From assembly GCA_043228905.1 (NCBI GenBank), contig JBHGNT010000004.1, positions 15,004,001 through 15,068,000 on the forward strand: 64,000 bases of DNA. The letters run 5' to 3'. The translations under genes were made by a program, and so were the position numbers. Below the pieces are notes generated by a model. The model saw only the letters and a list, made by a program, of their open reading frames with translations, had not been told where the DNA came from and searched no databases. Shown piece after piece: positions 1-11,981 of this stretch (position 1 is the first letter of the stretch; the number at the start of each line of letters is the position of its first letter). The stretch is from Azolla caroliniana. Lineage: Eukaryota; Plantae; Polypodiophyta.

Positions 1-495
1 GGATCAGGTACTTGTTCAAACTGCTCTCTGGGGAAGTTACGTGGAGGTTGATTCAGATAATCCCCTTTCCTTATCGGCTCTGGAACAACGCTCCCGCGAG
101 AGATATCCAAACACCTATCCGGTTAACACTTCTTCCCTTACCGACTCCTTGGTCCGAGACCCCGGTGGGCCCACCCGTTCTGACACATCCACACGAAAAT
201 CCGTGACATCCTTGGTGAACCCGACGTGAAAGAGGTGGAAGAGGAGTCCGAAGATGAGAGGAAGCGAACTTGTAGTGGCGATGGTGGTGGCCGTCCACCA
301 GATAGTAAATGCGTGGGAGAGCGTAGGTGGCCTCGATAGGGCAATAGAGAGGATGGTCGGCACGATAGGTTGATTTAACGGAAAGGACTTGAAAAGCTAT
401 CTAGAGTCCTACTGGGCCGAGATAATAATGAGGGATATCCTGGAGGATAGACGGTTGTTCGGATTCCCATGAGTTGTGACACCGAGCATCCACGT
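1..495 (+). mobile_element. Gypsy LTR retrotransposon remnant: end of 5' LTR (to 208), tRNA-Trp PBS, decayed gag start
   Basis: LTR-type end CCGTGACA at 208 and PBS at 213-230. Downstream reads ...IG*FNGKDLKSYLESYWAEIIMRDI..., homologous to the gag start (GQFNRKDVSRYL) of the element at 33025-45248. Confidence 0.8.
213..230 (+). promoter_or_regulatory. Primer-binding site, tRNA-Trp
   Basis: TGGTGAACCCGACGTGAA is the reverse complement of the plant cytosolic tRNA-Trp 3' end (TTCACGTCGGGTTCACCA). An identical 18-mer is at 33628-33645. Confidence 0.85.
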
Positions 496-725
496 TATCA
501 TGGTGTACTTTGTACACTACGTAAAATATGTGTGGAGTACCCGATTGACTAAGTATAAAGAAATAGGAGCAATACTACAATAATTATGTTACATGCATAG
601 GGCAGGATTTGAACCCTATACCTCCATGTTAACGATTTTAAGCCTTACCACTGTACTAGCATATTATGAGTTTTAAAGTTATACTAAACTTTATCCCACG
701 TAAATATTCTAGATAAGCATGATAG
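496..725 (+). mobile_element. 5' part of an LTR related to the 33025/44588 Gypsy LTR family
   Basis: Shares blocks with 44588-44820, including GCATAGGGCAGG and TACTAGCATATTATGA.TTTTAAAGTTATACTAAACTTTATCCCA. Truncated where L1 sequence begins. Confidence 0.8.
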
Positions 726-3700
726 TCGATAAGTTTCTATGGGACAAAGGAGGCTCCATTGGAATTTTACCTTCATTTTCCTTTTCTGATCATGCACCAC
801 TTTGTTTAATTATAGTTTTATAGGAACACTATAAAACTTCTAGATTTCAAATTCCAAATCATGTGTTTCTTAGACAAGATTGTGTTCATGTTGTGCATAA
901 TATTTGGAATAAGTATGTCTATTCTTATGATTATGCATTATCTAGTGTTCAAAACGCTATTACTAAAATACAACAATTTTTTCACTATAAGGCCAAACAA
1001 ATATTTCGAGCGTCTTTCACTAAAATAGGAAGACTTCAGAGGGGATTGAGGTCCTTGCAACATTTGCAAGAGAGAAGGCCATATTCGAGTTATATAAGTT
1101 CTAGAGTGATACAAGTAGGGAATCAGATATTAGTATTACAAAAGGTTTCTGCTAAATTTACTTACCACAATATAGCATCTGAATGGGCAGAGTCGGGAGA
1201 TAAAGTAAATAAAATGTTCTTTAAAATGCATAATCACCATAAGGCGGCTGCTAGGATTCCCCATTTAAAATGTCCTGATGGCTCTTATACCAATTATCCT
1301 AGTCAGATGCGGCAAATAGCCTCTGAATATTATGAAGATTTGTTGAAGGCTCGATCCTTTTCTACTGATGATTTATCTAAACGGGATATTATTTGGTCGA
1401 GGATTCAACATAGAGTGTCTGTTAAACTTTCCGAATGTCTTTTGCAACCACTAAGTCCTCAAGAGATTTTTAAAGCAGCAAAGGCCTTAGTAAAGGATGT
1501 TTGTCCTGGATTGGATGGGCTAGGGGTTCAGTGGTATATACAATATTGGGATTTGATAGGTGAGGGACTGACTAAAGCTTATCAATAGGTTTTAGATCCT
1601 AGAAATATGCCGCAAGAATGGAATGACGGTTTAATTTACATGATTCCCAAAGCAAGTGGTTAGTTAGAGGAGCTTCGCCATTGGAGGCCAATTACTTTGT
1701 TGAACGTTATTTATAAGATATTAGCCAAAACGTTAGCTAGACGTTTACAACCTTATCTTTCTGAACTGATTCATGATTCTTAGACAGGTTTTATACAAGA
1801 GCGAAGTATTTTTGATAATATTATTCTTTTTTGGGAAATGGTAGCTTTTGCTGAAGTGTAGAATCAAGAGTTGGAAAGTGGTATTTTTGGATTTTGAAAA
1901 AGCTTATGACAAAGTGGATTGGGATTTCATGGAGGGTACTTTGCTCAAGATGGGTTTTCCAAACAGATGGATATGGGGTGTTTCAGCATTATATTGTAAT
2001 GCACATAGTTCGCTTTTATTTGCAGGGGATGTTGGTAGGCGTTTCTCTATTTCAAGATCAATAAGACAAGGATGTCCACTTGCTCCTTTTCTATTTTTAT
2101 TAGTATCTGAAGCGTTTTCTATACACTTAAATTCTCAGCATGTTAATATCAAAGGTTTAGCATTTCCATTTGCGGATGTTGGAGTTGATAGTGAGTTTGT
2201 TGATGATACAACTCTTTATGTTCAAGCCTCACAATTTAACTTGTTGTAGGTTCAAAAAGTTGTGGAGGACTTCTTAGATGCATTGGGTACATTGATCAAT
2301 TGGGATAAATCATCAGGTTTTTGGGTGGCTTCGGGAGATCCGCCATTTAATGTACCTAGCACAGGTTTCACGTGGATTCCTAAAGGGCAGTCCATTAGGT
2401 ATTTAGGATGTAGAGTGGGGTTAGGATTAAAGGTAGAAGATATGATTGCGCCCTTGTTGTTAAGATTAAGGAATAAGTTAATATGCTAGAATAAGGAAAA
2501 GTTATCCCTAGCAGGACGTGTAGTTGTTGCAAATTCCGTGCTTTTGTCCTCCATTTGGTATATAGCGTCTACATGGTTGTTTTCTAGGTCAATAATGCTT
2601 AAAGTTCAATGGCTAGTGCGGAATTTTATTCAGGGGAATGCTACTATACACAATACTATACCAAAGGTAGCTTGGTCAGTTCTTATACAACCCAAACAAA
2701 AAGGAGGTTTAGGTTTGATTGATCTTTTTATGCAAAGTAAAGCATTACTTGCTAAACATGTTGTTAGGAGTTTATTGCCAAGAGAGGAGTTATGGAAAAA
2801 GTTATGGATGTCTCATTTATATAAATTTAAACCATCAGTTGGTGGTCAATGGCGTGTTAGTCTTAGATGGTTCTTTAACTCAGATTTTCCGTTGCCTAAG
2901 TCAACGGTTGGGTGTTTACATTTTTTTAATGGAATTCTAAGGGCATGGGAAAGTATTCGTTGAGCACTTGTTTTTGTGCCACCAAAAACATATCATCAAT
3001 TAATGTGTCAACCGTTGTTATGGAATCCTTTATTTACTGATGAAGCGGCATGTGTTTTGGGTTTACAACCTAGGTTATTTTGGGTTGCAATGGATAATGG
3101 ACCAGCTCATACGGTTGCGGATTGGGTAAATTTCCTACAGACTTCAGTGCAAGACCAAAAGACTATGGTGTCTAATTTCAGAGGGGCAAACATTATGCTC
3201 TCTCAAGTGTCAACGGTGTATCAGGTAACACTGCCAACTTTGCAATTTGGTCCTTTTCAGAATTGGTATGGTATGTTTTCGACATTGAATATACTTATTG
3301 GAGCTCGTTTCTATCATCAAAATGGATGCCTCTCCTTTTATGAAGTTTTGGATAATGGTAGGTTGTTTTTAGTAGAGGAGTCTTCAATTATATCTTCTGC
3401 CAAGCAACTGCCAATGAGAGTAATTGCAAGATTAGATAAAAAGATATTTATAGATCCTAATCCATTAATATCTAAGTATTCATCTCATATGTGGGTTTTA
3501 CACTGTAGGCCAATTGCAGTGGGATCCATCAGATTATGGTTGGAAGCTGCCCATGTCTAACACTATGCAAACAAAAGTTCTTCCTTTTTTCGCATATTCT
3601 GTGGCGTTTGGTAGAAATGTTTGTTAAATGAGATAGAGTTGATACGTACGAGGAAAAAATATTGGGAGGGAGGTAATGTGCCATCTTCATATATGTTGAA

Positions 3701-4412
3701 GTTCTGGAAACAGTTTTGGTCACTTAAGTGTATGACCAAGGTATTGCATTTTCGATGGTTAATGATTCATTATGCATTGCCAGTAGGAGCTTTATTGAGG
3801 GGAATAGTATCTGATCGATCATGTGGTAGGTGTGGTTTTGTATCTGAGACATTGCATCATGTTTTTTGGGAATGTGTTACGGCCAAATGTTTTTGGTCTC
3901 GTATTCTTAGGCTTTTAGGTCGTAAGTATAGGGCGGCTATATTCACGTGGGGTACAATCTTTTGGGGTACGTTGGCTCAACAAACGGTTTTTTATCATCA
4001 TCATAATTCATCGTGGACTTTACATGTGAAAAGTTTTCAAGTGTACGTTACATCAAGCTCCTTGTAGGGAGTCAAGTTCTTTTCTAGGTGTTATGTTTGG
4101 AACATTATCTCCTCTATGGCCTTATGGATTATTTGGAAAGCGAGGTGTTCTAAAATATATAATGATGAACGAATTAATGTTGTGGATCAAGTTAAATCTT
4201 TCTAGGAATTATTGGTAAATACGGTTAAAGGTGAATATGGTAGTTATAAGGGGTTTGGAAATGTAGCTAACCGGAAAAGAAGGAGAATTAGAAGAGCCTG
4301 GTCAGCTATTCCTATTTTCTTAGATGCAGCAGGTGAAGATGTTAAGTGGAACTATGTTCCGCCTCATTGGTTATTTCTGCCATCAACGCCATTTATACTG
4401 AATACAATATGA
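726..4412 (+). mobile_element. L1-clade LINE ORF2, decayed (end of endonuclease, RT, zf-RVT)
   Basis: FSDHAP (EN end), PGLDG, WRPITLLN, LDFEKAYDKVDW, IRQGCPLAPFLF, FVDDT, IRYLG, CGRC...ETLHHVFWEC, LWIIWKAR. Several stops and frameshifts. Confidence 0.95.
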
Positions 4413-4479
4413 CTAAATAGGAAGTCCACATTAATTTGTCATTAGGACAGTAGTTTCATTAAGTTTTTTTTTGTTGTTG

Positions 4480-6130
4480 TTGTAGATACAAGACTTTAGT
4501 GGTACATAGTGAGATGATGATGTGGTCATGGAAGTATTTCTATTTGGTAAGGATGAATGATGGTGTTGTCAGGGGTTGAAGCACATTTTTAGGAGGGGAT
4601 GAGGACAATACATTCACTCTATTTTTGTTTGTACAAGATTTAGGTGGTGAACGAACATATGGTTGATGTGGAAAATGAAGCACATTCTATTTCTGTAGAG
4701 GATGTCTGACAATGGTCTAGGGGGATGAAGCATAATTTCTTGAGGGGATTAGGAGAGTAATCTCATTCTATTTTTTGATACAAGTTCTCGATGGTATAAA
4801 TCGAGATGGTTGATGTGGTCATTGAAGCAAATTGTCTATTTTTAAGGATGAGAGAATCATGGTGGTGTTGGGGGCTAAAGCAATGTTTTTTATGAGGGGA
4901 TGACGATAGCACATTCACTCTATTTTTTTGTTTGTATAGGACTGCACAGATGGTTGATGTGGAAAACGAAGAAACTTGGAGAGGATGAGGATAGCACATT
5001 TTTGTAGAGGATGAGTGACGATGGTGTAGGGGGATGAAGTGTAATTTCATTAGGGGATTAGGAGAGTAAGCTAATTCTGTTTTTTTTTGGTACAGGTTCT
5101 CGGTGGTATAAATCAAGATGGTTGATGTGGTCATTGACGCAAATTCTCTATTTTTTAAGATGAGTGAATCATGGTGGTGTTGGGGGCTGAAGCAATGTTT
5201 TTTTGAGGGGATGAGGATAGCACATTCACTCTATTTTTTGTTTGTACAAGACCTCAATGGCAAAGGAACAGACGGTTGATGTGGAAAATAAAGAAAATTG
5301 TAAAGGATGAGTGACGTTGGTGTCGGGGGAAGAAGCGGAATTTCAGGAGGGGATTAAGAGAGTAGTGCCATTATGTTTTTGTTTGGTATGTAAAGGTTTT
5401 GCTATGCTATGGCGAGATGGCTGTTGTGGACATCTGTGTGTAGTAGTCGGTGACATGTTGGTTGGGGAAAAGGAAGCATGTTTCACTCTATTATTTATTT
5501 ATTTCTTGTTTGTATAGGACTGCACAAATGGTTGATGTGGAAAATGAAGAAACTTGGAGAGGATGAGGATAACACATTTCTGTAGAGGATGAGTGACGAT
5601 GGTGTAGGGGGATGAAGCATAATTTCATGAGGGGATTAGGAGAGTAATCTCATTCTATTTTTTTGGTACAGGTTCTCGGTGGTATAAATCGAGATGGTTG
5701 TTGTGGTCATTGAAGCAAATTCTCTATTTTTTAAGGATGAGTGAATCATGGTGGTGTTGGGGGCTGAAGCAATGGTTTTATGAGGGGATGAGGATAGCAT
5801 ATTCACACTATTTTTTGTTTGTACAAGATTTCAATGGCAAAGGAACAGACGGTTGATGTGGAAAACGAAGAAAATGGTAAAGGATGAGTGGCGTTGGTGT
5901 CGGGGGAAGAAGCAGAATTTCAGGAGGGGGTTAAGAGAGTAGTGTCATTATGTTTTTGTTTGGTATGTACAAGTTTTGCTATGTTATGGCGAGATGGTTG
6001 CTGTGGACGTTTGTGGTAGTCGGTGACATGTTGGTTGGGGAAAAGGAAGCATGTTTTCTTTGTTTGATAAGGATGAGTGATGACGTTGTTGGGGGCTGAA
6101 GCAAACTTTTATGAGGGGACGACAAAAGTA
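4480..6130. repeat. Tandem repeat array of ~145-170-bp diverged monomers with a ~578-bp higher-order duplication
   Basis: Anchor GGTTGATGTGG or a variant recurs near 4661, 4808, 4952, 5120, 5273, 5530, 5696, 5851 and 5995. Block ATAGGACTGCACA.ATGGTTGATGTGG recurs at 4936 and 5514. Confidence 0.85.
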
Positions 6131-6339
6131 GAAGCATTTTCTTTTGCAGGTGTTTGTTGTATTCGGTGAAGTATATTCCGAATTATTATATCCAGAAGAC
6201 TGCAATTCAGAACTTCAACGGAATGCAAGTACACACATGTTGAAGGAAACTATTGTAGGGCAGCAGGGAAAGTTCGGTTTGTACATATGCAACACCTACA
6301 GATTATGTTGTCTTTGTGCTTCCGAAAGCTTGTGCTAAA

Positions 6340-7087
6340 CTGAAAGTTGTGAAAAATGGCCAACAAATACATGCACATATTTGTGGAATATAGGGTAGCA
6401 GAGAGTAATGTTTTTTTATTTAATGGATCTGTATTCAAAAGCTAGTGGGATAAATCAAGTTAGAGATGTAGTCAACAAGGTCTCATTTCGTGATGTGGTG
6501 CCATGGAAGGCATTAATAGCACGATTGGTCTTCATGATAGTTGGAAGGTTTACAACATATGCAATGTCAAGGGATCATCTCAGATGAATAGCTGACATGT
6601 TGGATCACTTGAAAAAGCAAAAAGAGGAGCAACATGAGGATGCGTTGATCAAGTCAAGAAGATGCAACTTCAACGAAATTTTGGAGATGAAGTCACATAC
6701 ATGAACTGTTTGTTATGATTCCTGTTTGAAAGATAGTCTACTACAATGTTCTCATTACAGGATATTCTTCCAATTCAAAACCAGGTTGAATCTTTTGTCA
6801 TAGTTGTATGTACTATAAAAGCTAAAGCTGCTCCTAGCATTGGAGCATTAGAAAAGGGCAGAGAAATGCATGTAAAGATTGAGGAGATGGGCATGCTTAA
6901 GAGAAACCAGGACATGGGCAAGCTGAAGAGAAACCAAGTTGTTGGCAATACATTGTTTGATCTATATGATACGTGTGGACTCTTACAGAAAGTACATGAA
7001 CTGTTGCATATGCTTCCATTTCGAAAGATAGTTTCCTGCAATGTTTTCATTATAGTTCAGTGTTTAAGCCAAAATGATTATAGGTGA
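6340..7087 (+). pseudogene. PLS-class pentatricopeptide repeat (PPR) gene remnant
   Basis: Degenerate PPR motifs LMDLYSKASG...VSFRDVVPWKALIA and SIGALEKGREMHVKIEEMG...VVGNTLFDLYDTCGLLQKVHELLHMLPFRKIVSCNVFI. Frameshifted; no E/DYW domain seen. Confidence 0.8.
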
Positions 7088-7564
7088 TGGAAAGAACATT
7101 CTTGCAGGTGTTCACCGTTGTTTGTACTTTTATACTCTTGAATCTTTGTAGTTTTTATTAGTCTACCGCAGCTATAACCTTTATAAGGTTGTTAGTGTAA
7201 TCATTTTGTCATGGATGTAGAAGTTCTACTAATGAAGAAGATTCTTTTTTGGTAAAAAAAAGTAACGTAAAGAGAGAGGATGTGTTAGTGTGAGGTTGAG
7301 AGAGAGTGTGTGTGTATTTGTGGGTTGCCATGTGTAAATCTCTAAGGTCACATGTTAATTCATGCATGGCTTATCGATCGAATAAATAAAGAATTATGTC
7401 ATAAACGATATCTTCCAACATTAAATAACTTGTGATTGTTACTTTTGGTGCATAAATTTCTCTCACTTTAGTATGTGTACTTGTCAACGGTATTGGTGTA
7501 CAAAATTTCACATTTTTAGGCGTCACTGTTTTACGTATCACATATTAACATCTTATCGTGACAA

Positions 7565-8092
7565 GGTGTAAGGTTCAATCAAGTGGGGAATATATATGTT
7601 GGCTATCATGGCAGGCTGCAATTGGCCGATACGAGCATCAGGAGGAGGGGATGACTTTGGTGATAAAAGCACAAGAGGTTCTTTTCTCCTCCAGCGACAA
7701 TGTCCACTATTTTCCTCTTAATGACAAATCTCAAGAGGTGCTGGAATTGGTCAGCCCAATAACCCTTTGGATTCTATGGAAACAACGATGTAGGCGAGTC
7801 TTCTCCAACCAAACCACCCATCTAACAAGGTTACTGCAAGAGATATGGAGTGAAATTGTAGCCACTCTGAAGAGCCAATATGATGGCCTTAAAGGTGGCT
7901 CCAAGGGAGTTGAAAGACAACGCATAGCCTTCATCCAACAATGGTCGTCCTCTCCCTTTCTTGAGTCAGTGGGTTTCCACATTAGATGGAACTATCGCGT
8001 CCCTTTAGGGATTTGTACATAATCGCCTCATTTGTAAAATTTTATAACTAATGGAAGGAGTTTTTTTTTGGAAAAAAAAAACAAAAACAAAA
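7565..8092 (+). mobile_element. 5'-truncated L1 LINE with A-rich tail and 18-bp TSD
   Basis: ORF2 C-terminal motif ITLWILWKQRCRRVF and A-rich tail 8072-8092. TSD AACATCTTATCGTGACAA at 7547-7564 and 8093-8110. Confidence 0.93.
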
Positions 8093-8856
8093 AACATCTT
8101 ATCGTGACAACACATTTGGTTCTTGTTTGTTTTATTTTTCTCATTCCCCTTACAAGTTTGTCCATGGTTAGTAAAGTATACATTTGCTTCTTCAATATTA
8201 TTTTTTCAACATCCCAAGAGCATTAGTGGTCTCTCCATCACACCAAAAAGTAGTATGAAACAAAGGCACTCCATGTTAGGTGCCATGAAATATTTGGCTC
8301 ATAATTTCAATTGCATATACTCACACCACCATGGAGCACTTACGATTTGTGAATGTGGTTGACATGTGAATTGATTGTGCATATATGACAACAATATGGT
8401 TGACCACATTACATAGTTGAAACAAGCAATTATACATGTGTACACATAATCTAATTTTTATGTGTATAGTGGAGTTTGCCAGGAAATGCATATAACATGC
8501 AAATGCTTTCTAGATCGATGATCAAAAGAGCGTCCTACTTACATTCGTCAAGGAGGTGGAAGATGTATTATATGGTCCACATGCGCACACACACATGGTG
8601 GCGAATCGTATTTGTGGTGTATGTATGTATATATCGACTATGTTTGTGGTGGTGGGAGAGTGAAGGAAAAGAGGAAAGATGAGGCTTCCACATAATGAAT
8701 GAATGAATGAATGAACCATAAGTAAGACTTTGTTTCAGGAGGCAGGCAAGCAGAACTTAGATAATAGATTAGGTGTAGGGGGTGAGGGTATGTATGTACA
8801 CACACACACACACACATGAAAACGAATGAAGATTGATTGATTGATTGATTGATTGA

Positions 8857-8940
8857 ATGAAGGAAGGAATGATGGCGCACGCTGCCCTTATTATAGCTAT
8901 GCCCTCTGCACATCTCCTCCTCACTGCTCCTCCTGTTCAA
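8857..8940 (+). CDS. Exon 1 of CIA30/Rossmann gene
   Basis: MKEGMMAHAALIIAMPSAHLLLTAPPVQ followed by donor GTAAGT. Confidence 0.7.
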
Positions 8941-8985
8941 GTAAGTCACTACATACATACATACTTACAACATACTTGTCTGTCT

Positions 8986-9041
<56 letters not shown>

Positions 9042-9671
9042 CGAGAGTCTATTTCCTGTACTACATGCCATAAATATGTATATATATGGGCCACTCTATG
9101 TATTCTATTCTATGCATGCTGATGCATCCATCCTATGCTCTTTCCCACCCCTTCCTTCTTCTTCTTCTTCTTCTTCTTCTTCTTCTTCTGTATGTATGTA
9201 TGTTATGTATGTTAAGTATTTTGGAGTAATACGCACATATGTCATCATGTCTCTCCACAAAGCTTTGAACATGTCAGAGCTGGTTTAAAAATTCTATTAT
9301 GTAATTTAAAACCATATCTTCAATAATGTTGCTAGATACTTATAAAGACTGATATTCTTCTGACACCATTTCAGGGACTTACCCTCTCTTCCGAATTCAG
9401 GGGCATTCGCGCACCACCATTACCATCAAAGCAGTTACATCTTCCTGTTTCATCTGCTAACTCCTTATATACAATTGTAGCAGACGGTGGTAGGAAGCCT
9501 TGGGATTTTGGACGATTTTTGAAGACCGTGACATTTTTCAATGAGCCTCCAACATTGAATCAAGTAACACAATAACTGTCTTGAACATCTTGATCTTCAA
9601 TGCTTCTCATACATACACACACAGACACCCTTACCCGCGCACACACCCAATCATCCACCCAAGTGCACACA

Positions 9672-9746
<75 letters not shown>

Positions 9747-11928
9747 TCACTCATACTCGCACGCACACTCGCATGCACACATGCACATACAAAACACAAA
9801 CATACGAACAACATACACATACAAATATACAATCGCGCACACACACACACACAATATTAACCATCGTGTTTTTTCATGTTGGAAGTTCCGAGACTTCATC
9901 TCAAGGATTTTCGCTGGATCTACAGAAGGAAATGGGCAGTTAGTGAAAAAAGGAGCTCAGAATATGGAGTTAGTTCTTGTGACAGGAGCAACCGGGGGTG
10001 TTGGAAAAAGGGTAGTTGATTCCCTAAGGAAGGAGGGTTATTCAGTACGAGTACTTGTAAGCATTTTAACCTTTGCTTAAAGAATTTCTTGCTCACATCT
10101 TTTTTTGTCAAATTTAGGAATGATATTTTGAGTTTGTCGAATTTATGAATCTTTCCAATTCCAGGTGCGAAATGCTGAGAAGGCAAGACATTTGCTGGGT
10201 TTGGATGTTGACATGGTATGCAAAAGGATCTCAACCAAGCTAATTTATTATGTACAAAAGATGACAAGAGAAACATTTCTTTAATCCTATAAATTATTTG
10301 CAACATAAAATCATTGCACCTATACTTACTTATGCTTGTTTTAGATGAGAAAAATACTAAAATATGACAGTAAACCATTAGATGCGGCCATATGATGTGT
10401 GCTCAAATGCACTGAAAACTCCTCAGTGCAGGACCATTCTCTTCTTCACCAATGATATTCTTTTTAAAAATATGCATATACTTTGGTGTTTGCAACCCAT
10501 ACTTTATTCTAATTATTCACTTCAGGTAATTGGAGATGTTACAAAAAAAGACACACTTTTACCCGAATATTTTATCGGTGTGAAAAAAGTCATCAATGCA
10601 GTGTCTGTAATTATTGGGCCGAAGGAAGGAGATACACCCGATAGGCAAAAATATAATCAGGTGGGATTTTGTGATAAGTTGAAAATATTGTGGGTTTTAA
10701 AATTTCCTGAACTAGAGGTAATGGAATTTTGTAAACTTTTACAGGGTATCAAATTTTTTGAACCAGAGGTCAGAGTCTCAGACTACTTTTCTTTCTATCT
10801 TACCCATTTTCATTCTTGTTATATGAGGGGATACCTGTGTGTACATCTGTTCTATTACCAATCTATTCTAAATCTGTTTCTGATGTCTATGTGTTGTTGA
10901 AGACCTAATCTTGTAGATATGCTGAATCCCTTAGTTCAGTTTATTCTCTTTCTTGTTGTGGAACCTTTTTATGCAGCGGTATTTGGAATGGTCTCAGCTG
11001 GGATCAAGAATAATGAATCACTAACTATATAAGTAATAACATTAGAAAGCTATAGATAATTCTCCTCCCAATGAATATATCTGAGTCAAGGCCCATTGGT
11101 TAAGATAGAGAATTAGATTGTTTTCCATACTACTCCTAGTTACATCTAGTAAATACCTTGTCATAGCTTGAGGATACCATCGATACAGAATTAGAGATGA
11201 TGAGAGAATGCATTGATCATGTGTATAGGGTAGCTAACTCTTATATATCCATAGAACTGAGGCCTGGTATCCAAATTATAGCCATGTGGACCCTACATGG
11301 ACAAAGACATCCACATTCAAATGAGCCTCCATCTAGGCTTCTAATTTTGCTCCTAATGGTAGGTTATGCATATTCCATGTAACTGTTTGTATGAGCATGA
11401 AGCCATTCAAGAGAAGAGCAATGTGTGTCTTGACTCATGAGATAATAAACAGCAATTGGTGGTGGTCTTTTGATGTAAATTTAATGTCGACATGAGAACA
11501 ACAGTTTAATTTCTGAAGTGTGAGCCTCCTCATTTTTCCCATGTCATGATACATTGGCGTGGTGAAAGGATGTCATTCATAGAGGAATGTATTGATGCAT
11601 CCCATCTTCCAAACCAATTTTACATACCTTGCAACCAACTAGAACATAAAATTATGCATTTATGTGTCTTCTAGATCTATTTGCTTCCTTCCCATGCGAT
11701 CCTAGGAGGTTGATGTGAGGGATTTTTTTGAACCATAAGCATGTGTATTTGGCAACCCTTTCCATGGTCATGGTCTCAATGGGAAGTCATCTTGTCTCAA
11801 GAAGTAGGAGGGTGTATGGCATTTGTTTAGAAAATTTGTAAGGAAATGTGTTTGGACATTTTCAAACTCTTTCCAACTGGACTTAGGGATGTTAGTGCCC
11901 CATGCTTCCACTCTTTACACACACACAC

Positions 11929-11981
<53 letters not shown>

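Larger units (their letters stand above)
8693..9745. repeat. Microsatellite cluster around exons 1-2
   Basis: (GAAT)n ~8693, (CA)n ~8798, (GATT)n 8831-8855, (CAT)n 8989-9042, (CTT)n ~9155-9189, (CA)n ~9673-9742. Confidence 0.95.

Noticed and set aside
593-665. Functional tRNA genes at 593-665, 44690-44760 and 61487-61550
   Set aside because: A and B boxes are present, but I could not form proper acceptor and anticodon stems. Reported as tRNA-like cassettes only.
4480-6130. Possible CRISPR-like array
   Set aside because: Whole monomers are homologous with no unique spacers, there are no cas genes, and the context is eukaryotic.
8857-9288. ORF with poly-His and poly-Ser runs
   Set aside because: Read-through of exon 1 into intron 1 (CAT)n and (CTT)n microsatellites; a GTAAGT donor lies at 8941.
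9560-9943. HT- and CV-repeat ORFs
   Set aside because: Translations of the (CA)n tract in intron 2.
10382-10900. 172-aa single ORF
   Set aside because: Exons 5 and 6 in the same frame, joined by an 84-nt stop-free intron; not a separate gene.
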